Source of the DNA: Escherichia phage vB_EcoM-Pr121LW
DNA length: 64,000 nt
Direction: 5' to 3' (one strand)
Sequence record: MH752840.1
Shown here: one piece after another, positions 58,902 to 64,000 of the stretch
How the letters are laid out: each line of letters opens with the position of its first letter
Position numbering within the stretch: position 1 is the stretch's first letter
Notes under the pieces: generated by a model
What the model was told of the DNA's origin: nothing
Databases searched by the model: none
What the model saw: only the letters and a program-made list of their open reading frames with translations
Program-made: the position numbers and the translations under genes

Positions 58902-59078
58902 ATGAAAGGTAATATAATCCCCCTGGAAAATGTAGCTATTAATGACGCTGAGGCTATCGCCCTGGTTGAAAAGGCTATGGCGGGAGCGTTGGAACATAAA
59001 GAAGAGTACGAAAAAATGATGGTTAACCTGGCAGGGGCGGCGGCTGGAGAATTCTGCCCAAAAAATAATTTTACATAA
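58902..59078 (+). CDS. small early protein (58 aa)
   Basis: Hand-translated MKGNIIPLENVAIND...; RBS gaggagg 6 nt upstream; below track cutoff. Confidence 0.4.
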   Translation: MKGNIIPLENVAINDAEAIALVEKAMAGALEHKEEYEKMMVNLAGAAAGEFCPKNNFT

Positions 59079-59081
59079 TGG

Positions 59082-59110
59082 TTGACAGCTCGGATAGTTC
59101 TTGTTATTCT
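59082..59110 (+). promoter_or_regulatory. early promoter (TTGACA-17-TATTCT)
   Basis: Hexamers with 17-nt spacer. Confidence 0.5.
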
Positions 59111-59162
59111 TATCCTCGCAAGGTGAACAACACCACACTAATTAACAAAGAGGATAAAAATC

Positions 59163-59360
59163 ATGAACGCATACGGAATCAAAGTACGTCGCAACACTCG
59201 CCAGGTGGTCACCGACCAAGTGATTTGCCGGGTGGATGTAACCATCAACAACGGGCAAGGCCTTTATAAATTTCGTCGCGGTCATAGCTATACCCTGCAA
59301 CAGCTTAACCGTTGCGCCCTGACAAAAGGTCAGATCAACCACTGGTTTAATAAAAAATAA
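59163..59360 (+). CDS. small basic early protein
   Basis: 65 aa; own promoter 59082-59110 and RBS agaggataaaaatc. Confidence 0.45.
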   Translation: MNAYGIKVRRNTRQVVTDQVICRVDVTINNGQGLYKFRRGHSYTLQQLNRCALTKGQINHWFNKK

Positions 59361-59363
59361 ATA

Positions 59364-59392
59364 TTGACATATAGTCTGACACAAAATATACT
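59364..59392 (+). promoter_or_regulatory. early promoter (TTGACA-17-TATACT)
   Basis: Hexamers with 17-nt spacer, A-rich upstream. Confidence 0.6.
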
Positions 59393-59424
59393 GAAATCAC
59401 AAAAGACACTAAGAGGATAAAATC

Positions 59425-59823
59425 ATGAAAACCACAACCTTTAATTTTGATAATGCCGACTTCTCTTTTTCTGATGTCAAGAACTGCCGCCGTGATCGTG
59501 GATTTTACAAGGCTTATAATCTGGTGGGCCTGGACGATGACAATAATTTGCACGAAGTAGCTGAGATCCGGTATTATGCCGCCTCCAGCGGTAACACTCA
59601 TTATTGCGTCTTTTGGATGCACGACAGCAAGAACAACAAGTACGGTTATACTGGTGGCAAGGCGAGCGGTCACGGTTATGATAAGGCCAATGCAGCACTT
59701 GAAAGCGCGTTAAATGCTATGGGGATCACTGCCAACGGCTGGATCTATGAAGATGAGTTTTTGTCAGCACTTGCTGCCCACCTGGGGTATAAAAAGCACA
59801 TTGTGACATGCGCCCACGAATAA
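59425..59823 (+). CDS. early protein, unknown function
   Basis: 132 aa; own promoter 59364-59392 and RBS. Confidence 0.5.
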   Translation: MKTTTFNFDNADFSFSDVKNCRRDRGFYKAYNLVGLDDDNNLHEVAEIRYYAASSGNTHYCVFWMHDSKNNKYGYTGGKASGHGYDKANAALESALNAMGITANGWIYEDEFLSALAAHLGYKKHIVTCAHE

Positions 59824-59838
59824 AAAAAAAAAAAATTA

Positions 59839-59866
59839 TTGACACGCTGCAAAATTAAAGTAAACT
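59839..59866 (+). promoter_or_regulatory. early promoter (TTGACA-16-TAAACT) with upstream A-tract
   Basis: Hexamers with 16-nt spacer; a14 run at 59822-59835. Confidence 0.55.
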
Positions 59867-59876
59867 AGACACAAAA

Positions 59877-59895
59877 GGCGGGAATGTTTCCCGCC
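59877..59895 (+). promoter_or_regulatory. 5-prime UTR stem-loop
   Basis: ggcgggaatgtttcccgcc, 7-bp GC stem about 10 nt after the -10. Confidence 0.5.
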
Positions 59896-59914
59896 AACAC
59901 AAAGGAAAAAGATC

Positions 59915-60310
59915 ATGAATAAGAACGTACGCCGCATCATGAACGAACTGGCAAACGATGAAAAAATTATTGATATGCATTTGGTCAACATTTGCCGCCG
60001 TTGTGTAACATATAACAACCGCGCCGCAAAAGCGCGTGAGATGAACGCAAAAGGCACCTTAAAGCCCTTTCAGGTGGTTGTAAAATCTATAGCTAATGCA
60101 GCAGGCCAGGCGCATGACCACAACAACGAGAGCACTAATATTGATCCGTCTTACGTAATGAAACGGATCCGGACTTGCAAGAATAAAGAGCAGGTGTATA
60201 ACGTCATAGATTGGCTGGACTCCATGGGCGATGTGGTTTATAATAGGTTTTCTGCAGCTATCGAGATCCAGCTTGACAGACTGGACGGGAAAGTACTGAA
60301 AACTTACTGA
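59915..60310 (+). CDS. early protein, unknown function
   Basis: 131 aa; own promoter 59839-59866 and 5-prime UTR hairpin. Confidence 0.5.
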   Translation: MNKNVRRIMNELANDEKIIDMHLVNICRRCVTYNNRAAKAREMNAKGTLKPFQVVVKSIANAAGQAHDHNNESTNIDPSYVMKRIRTCKNKEQVYNVIDWLDSMGDVVYNRFSAAIEIQLDRLDGKVLKTY

Positions 60311-60311
60311 G

Positions 60312-60358
60312 TTTATTTTTAGATGGCCTTGACTCCAGGGCCATCAATAAAGTAAACT
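60312..60358 (+). repeat. 47-bp intergenic cassette, copy 1
   Basis: tttatttttagatggccttgactccagggccatcaataaagtaaact; T-run, inverted repeat gatggcc/ggccatc, TTGACT-18-TAAACT promoter-like hexamers. Confidence 0.7.
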
Positions 60359-60389
60359 AACCACAGTTGAGCGGAAAGGGGGCTTAAAG

Positions 60390-60509
60390 ATGAGTACTAC
60401 ACGCCAGCACACAAAGGTAACTATTATCGTTTGCATCATTGGTTACATCCTGGCGCAAATGTTGATGGGTAGCGCCAACGGTATCGCAAAATTTTTCTTA
60501 AACTTTTAA
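60390..60509 (+). CDS. small hydrophobic peptide (39 aa)
   Basis: Hand-translated MSTTRQHTKVTIIVCIIGYILAQMLMGSANGIAKFFLNF; RBS aaaggggg; downstream of repeat-cassette promoter. Confidence 0.3.
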   Translation: MSTTRQHTKVTIIVCIIGYILAQMLMGSANGIAKFFLNF

Positions 60510-60537
60510 TTGACAAGCTAACTTAGATCAGTATACT
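60510..60537 (+). promoter_or_regulatory. early promoter (TTGACA-16-TATACT)
   Basis: Hexamers with 16-nt spacer. Confidence 0.6.
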
Positions 60538-60587
60538 AAACACATAAACGGGAAAACTTCCCAGAACACACAAAAGGAGAAAACACC

Positions 60588-60929
60588 ATGACTACTATGA
60601 CCGCCGCAGAAAAAGCTATGCAGATCGCTGCGCTGAAAAAACAGATCGCAGACCTTGAGAACAAGATCGATAACTTTGAAATCGACGAGGACAAGTACGA
60701 CGAAAACTATGATGAATGGTTAGACGAGATCTACGGCGAAATTATGATCGGAAACATTTCTTTTCTTCCGTCGCGTATCCTCAAGGAGCTAGATCCTATC
60801 GCTTACCGCTGCGGATTTAGCGACTACATCGACAGCCTGGATATTGAGGACGATGAAGAATACCAGGAATTGCAGACAGAGCTTGAAGAAGTGAAAGAAG
60901 AGCTTTCAGAGCTGGAAGAAAACGAGTAA
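60588..60929 (+). CDS. acidic early protein
   Basis: 113 aa, strongly acidic C-terminal half; own promoter 60510-60537. Confidence 0.5.
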   Translation: MTTMTAAEKAMQIAALKKQIADLENKIDNFEIDEDKYDENYDEWLDEIYGEIMIGNISFLPSRILKELDPIAYRCGFSDYIDSLDIEDDEEYQELQTELEEVKEELSELEENE

Positions 60930-60930
60930 A

Positions 60931-60977
60931 TTTATTTTTAGATGGCCTTGACTCCAGGGCCATCAATAAAGTAAACT
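60931..60977 (+). repeat. 47-bp intergenic cassette, copy 2 (identical to 60312-60358)
   Basis: Exact repeat read from sequence; a degenerate third copy lies at about 61264-61315. Confidence 0.7.
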
Positions 60978-61018
60978 TTACACTGTTAACACTGAACTAA
61001 TACAGAGGAGTTAAAACC

Positions 61019-61264
61019 ATGGCCGCACTAATTACCAAATATTACGCCCCTACCAACACCAAAAGCGCCCGTATCATGGTAAAAGGCTTCGGACGTAAAA
61101 AGGTTTACACCTGGGATTATTCCCTAGACATGGAAGACAACTACACCAACGCGATGACCGATTTTATTAACGAGCTGAATACGCGGATCTTAACAAATTA
61201 TAAAATTACCGACATTGCTTATATAGGTGAAGGCGGGATCTGTTTTGTAGGCATTGTGAAATAG
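61019..61264 (+). CDS. early protein, unknown function
   Basis: 81 aa; RBS agaggag; downstream of second repeat cassette. Confidence 0.5.
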   Translation: MAALITKYYAPTNTKSARIMVKGFGRKKVYTWDYSLDMEDNYTNAMTDFINELNTRILTNYKITDIAYIGEGGICFVGIVK

Positions 61265-61339
61265 TTATTTTTTCGGTGGTCCTTGCTGCAGGGCCATCTA
61301 TAAAGATAATTTACTAACACCATGAAAGGAGAAAGTAAC

Positions 61340-61693
61340 ATGATCAGCGGGGCTAGTTTTATTATTGGCGCTATTGCTACGGCTTTAATTGTAAACAAGA
61401 TCCAGGATAAAAAGGAAAGAGGAAGTACCGCCCTTGCAGAATATCCATTTTGGACATTCAACGATAACGAAGATTATATTGTAAAGTATAAAAATAAAGA
61501 AGGTTACCAAGTAACACCGCGACCGATCCCTGCTTACAAGATGCAGGAAACACTATACCGCCTGGAGGCGGGGGGCGCAAAAATTGTAGACTTTTGGGGA
61601 TACGATCACACAGATCAGGAAGCTATAAAGCGACGTATCAGGGCTATTCAGGCCAATATTGAAGTTAGCAAGGGGGGAATATATGAAGATTAA
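61340..61693 (+). CDS. membrane-anchored early protein
   Basis: ATG 61340 with RBS aaaggagaaag; N-terminal hydrophobic ISGASFIIGAIATALIV. Confidence 0.45.
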   Translation: MISGASFIIGAIATALIVNKIQDKKERGSTALAEYPFWTFNDNEDYIVKYKNKEGYQVTPRPIPAYKMQETLYRLEAGGAKIVDFWGYDHTDQEAIKRRIRAIQANIEVSKGGIYED

Positions 61694-61880
61694 TTTTGAG
61701 AAAATTGTAAAGCGATCTCATGATTCCGAAGAGCTGCCGGAACGCCGCCAGCGTAACAATAAACTGAATAAGCCAAAAAGATTTGGGAAGATCTGGCGGA
61801 ATCATTATGATCGTAAATTGCCGGGCCTCCTTTTGGAACGTGAACGGCAGGCGGAACGATACCGCCACAAAGGCAACTAA
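61683..61880 (+). CDS. small basic protein
   Basis: ATG 61683 overlapping upstream gene; Arg/Lys-rich; terminator follows. Confidence 0.4.
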   Translation: MKINFEKIVKRSHDSEELPERRQRNNKLNKPKRFGKIWRNHYDRKLPGLLLERERQAERYRHKGN

Positions 61881-61888
61881 CAACCAAC

Positions 61889-61917
61889 GCCCCGCCATAG
61901 TGCGGGGCTTTTTATTT
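61889..61917 (+). terminator. rho-independent terminator
   Basis: gccccgccatagtgcggggc hairpin followed by tttttattt. Confidence 0.7.
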
Positions 61918-62039
61918 CTATCCTACGAATAGCGCCCCTGGTTGGCCCTGTAAGCGCCAAAAAGCCCCCCCACCTATGCAATCGCCCCCTTTAACCTGAA
62001 AACATCGCCCAGGGCCGTTTTATGGCGTTAAAAATATCA

Positions 62040-62067
62040 TTGACATCGTCAACAGGTTAGCTATACT
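62040..62067 (+). promoter_or_regulatory. early promoter (TTGACA-16-TATACT)
   Basis: Hexamers with 16-nt spacer. Confidence 0.6.
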
Positions 62068-62099
62068 AACCACATCAAAGAGAGAAAGGAGTAAACGCC

Positions 62100-62360
62100 A
62101 TGCGTAAATTAAAAAATTTTGATAAAGTTGATGTTATCCTGAATAATTTCTACTACTGCAACAACAAGGCTATTTGGTGGCGTGATAGTTCCACCGATAA
62201 AGTCAAGGCGCGCTTTCTTCAGGGGCATTGGCAAGGCCGCCCAGTGATTAAAATCATGGGGCAATTGGTAGCGTTTAAAAATTGCCGCCGTGTTGATGAC
62301 GTTGAGGAGATTTTAAACATTTTGCGCCACAATAATTTAAAAAATAGTGTTGACAAGTAA
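62100..62360 (+). CDS. early protein, unknown function
   Basis: 86 aa; own promoter 62040-62067 and RBS aaaggag. Confidence 0.5.
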   Translation: MRKLKNFDKVDVILNNFYYCNNKAIWWRDSSTDKVKARFLQGHWQGRPVIKIMGQLVAFKNCRRVDDVEEILNILRHNNLKNSVDK

Positions 62361-62377
62361 ATCTCAATAAGTATAAT
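62350..62377 (+). promoter_or_regulatory. early promoter (TTGACA-16-TATAAT)
   Basis: Consensus hexamers; -35 overlaps stop codon of upstream gene. Confidence 0.65.
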
Positions 62378-62387
62378 TAAACACACA

Positions 62388-62406
62388 GGCGGGAAAACTT
62401 CCCGCC
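62388..62406 (+). promoter_or_regulatory. 5-prime UTR stem-loop
   Basis: ggcgggaaaacttcccgcc, near-identical to hairpin at 59877. Confidence 0.5.
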
Positions 62407-62434
62407 ACCAACAAAGAAAACAGGAGAAAATATC

Positions 62435-63058
62435 ATGACCACCGTTAACATTACCACAGGTTACAATTTATCTTTCGACGTGCTGACCGACGAACAAAAA
62501 GAAAAAGCCGTTGAAATGGTCCGCGAAAGAGAAGAACACAGCGGGGATAACTTTTTTGCAGAAAGTGTAATTGAATACTATAAAGAATATGTTTTTCCAG
62601 AGTACGGGCTTGAAGATACAGATGTACATTGGTCCGGCTTTTGGTGCCAGGGCGACGGCGCGTCAATTAGCGCTGAAAATGTAAACTTAGAAAAATTCTT
62701 GCGTAAAGTCAAGTCTTTGACTAAATTCCGCTCAATTCGTCACTTGTTCGGCACAATGCACGATGGCGAGCTATCCGCAAGCGTTGAGCGTATCCCGTTT
62801 AGCCATTATCACCACGAAAACACAATAGGCGGGTGCATCGATACCAATTGGCTAGACCTGACCACCAAGCAAGAGGATAAAGTTGAAGAGCTGGAAGAGC
62901 TGATCACCGAGACGGTACGGGAGCTATCCCGCAAGGTTTACGTAGACCTGGAGCAAGCCTATCTTGAACAATTCACTACCGAAAACCTGATCGGCCTTAT
63001 CGAGGCCAATGATTGGCGGTTTGATGTGGATGAATATGGCGAGATGACTTTTTCATAA
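62435..63058 (+). CDS. early protein, unknown function
   Basis: 207 aa; own promoter 62350-62377 with UTR hairpin; RBS caggag. Confidence 0.5.
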   Translation: MTTVNITTGYNLSFDVLTDEQKEKAVEMVREREEHSGDNFFAESVIEYYKEYVFPEYGLEDTDVHWSGFWCQGDGASISAENVNLEKFLRKVKSLTKFRSIRHLFGTMHDGELSASVERIPFSHYHHENTIGGCIDTNWLDLTTKQEDKVEELEELITETVRELSRKVYVDLEQAYLEQFTTENLIGLIEANDWRFDVDEYGEMTFS

Positions 63059-63066
63059 ATAAAGTG

Positions 63067-63094
63067 TTGCAATAACCTAAAAACCTGCTATATT
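63067..63094 (+). promoter_or_regulatory. early promoter (TTGCAA-16-TATATT)
   Basis: Hexamers with 16-nt spacer. Confidence 0.5.
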
Positions 63095-63103
63095 AAAACT
63101 CAA

Positions 63104-63127
63104 GGGGGGCAAGACGTTTGCCCCCCC
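63104..63127 (+). promoter_or_regulatory. 5-prime UTR stem-loop
   Basis: ggggggcaagacgtttgccccccc GC-rich hairpin just after the -10. Confidence 0.5.
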
Positions 63128-63151
63128 ACACAAAACAAAGAGGAAAACATC

Positions 63152-63532
63152 ATGAAAAACACTACTAAAGCTATTGACACCGTCATGTTTAACCTGGTTA
63201 CCTTTCGCGAGGATATGAAAGATCTTCCACGTGAAACAGTGTGCGATCACATTGAAAACTATCGCAAACTAATCAAAGAGTTGCCTTTAAAACGTGACCA
63301 GTATGCGGCTAACGCTATGCTCAACGCCATGATCAAAAAGATGATTCAGTGTGATTTAACCATGGCCTATGATTATGCAGGTGGTCGTTTTGCAGTATAC
63401 AATCAGCCCGTGCCTGGTATGGGCACCACCGAAGAATTGCACGCGCTCAATCTAAAACAAGACGTGTGGGATAGTATGCCCCGCGTGGTGGTGTGGGCAG
63501 AAAGCGGAAAGATTTACGGCGATAATTTTTAA
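63152..63532 (+). CDS. early protein, unknown function
   Basis: 126 aa; own promoter 63067-63094 with UTR hairpin; terminator follows. Confidence 0.5.
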   Translation: MKNTTKAIDTVMFNLVTFREDMKDLPRETVCDHIENYRKLIKELPLKRDQYAANAMLNAMIKKMIQCDLTMAYDYAGGRFAVYNQPVPGMGTTEELHALNLKQDVWDSMPRVVVWAESGKIYGDNF

Positions 63533-63542
63533 TCAGGTAACA

Positions 63543-63568
63543 GGCGGCATATTTGCCGCCTTATTGTT
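63543..63568 (+). terminator. rho-independent terminator
   Basis: ggcggcatatttgccgcc hairpin followed by ttattgtt. Confidence 0.65.
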
Positions 63569-63596
63569 AAACAGAACTGCAAAAGAGGTACATAGA

Positions 63597-63968
63597 ATGG
63601 AATTTATTATTTTGGCTGTATTGGTTGCCTTGTTTAACGCCTGGATCGCTGGCAAGATAGGTAGATCCGCCTTTTTATGGTTTATTATATCTATTTTCCT
63701 GGGGGTGGTTGCAACTATTGTATTGGTTATCCTTGCAATTGTTGACAAGGGGAATAATAGAAAGGGTAAAGTATTTTCAGACCTGTACGACGCTCAAACG
63801 TTTGTCAACGCCTATTATAGTGATCTTCCAGTCTCCCTACGCTGCAGCCTGGCACAACAGGTTTTTGATGAGGCTAAAACCAGAGATCAAGCCCACGAGA
63901 TATGTTTAACTGAGGCGGATCGCCTATTTGAGAGGAATAGAAAATATGTGGGCCAACCGTTTAAATAA
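63597..63968 (+). CDS. membrane protein
   Basis: ATG 63597 with RBS aaagagg; two hydrophobic helices. Confidence 0.45.
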   Translation: MEFIILAVLVALFNAWIAGKIGRSAFLWFIISIFLGVVATIVLVILAIVDKGNNRKGKVFSDLYDAQTFVNAYYSDLPVSLRCSLAQQVFDEAKTRDQAHEICLTEADRLFERNRKYVGQPFK

Positions 63969-64000
63969 TGCCACGTTAATTAATCCCTTTAGTGAAGATT

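Noticed and set aside
60322-60345. Hairpin in the 47-bp cassette as a plus-strand rho-independent terminator
   Set aside because: The T-run precedes rather than follows the hairpin on the coding strand, so it is oriented as a terminator only for the minus strand; promoter/operator role judged more likely.
1-64000. Prophage or integration boundary (integrase, att sites, flanking host genes)
   Set aside because: No integrase or recombinase motif and no host-like genes were seen; gene content is phage-like throughout.

Overview
The window reads as one contiguous segment of a virulent-type tailed dsDNA phage genome; no integrase, host genes, rRNA, tRNA or CRISPR array was found. Four blocks: (1) 1-26560, plus strand, late tail module (long tail fibre with C-terminal self-cleaving chaperone domain, lambda-type tail-tip genes ending in a J-like protein, two paralogous tail fibres with a Tfa chaperone, an 1878-aa Ig-domain protein); (2) 26607-33353, minus strand, accessory operon (HAD phosphatase, VWA/HExxH protein, Zn-ribbon and Cys-rich proteins); (3) 33430-57886, plus strand, replication module (MoxR-like AAA+ ATPase, secreted cell-wall hydrolase, rIIA/rIIB-like pair, PIF1/Dda-like helicase, C5-methyltransferase-like protein, primase-helicase, family A DNA polymerase, SSB, macro-domain protein, many small ORFs); (4) 57887-58901 repeat-rich non-coding region, then 58902-64000 early-type genes each behind a near-consensus sigma70 promoter. 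No capsid, terminase or tape-measure gene is present, so the genome is larger than the window. Most notable: a perfect 127-bp tandem duplication (10927-11053 / 11054-11180) that breaks the J-like gene and looks like an untrimmed circular-contig overlap. All homology calls are from motif recognition by eye; no database search was run.
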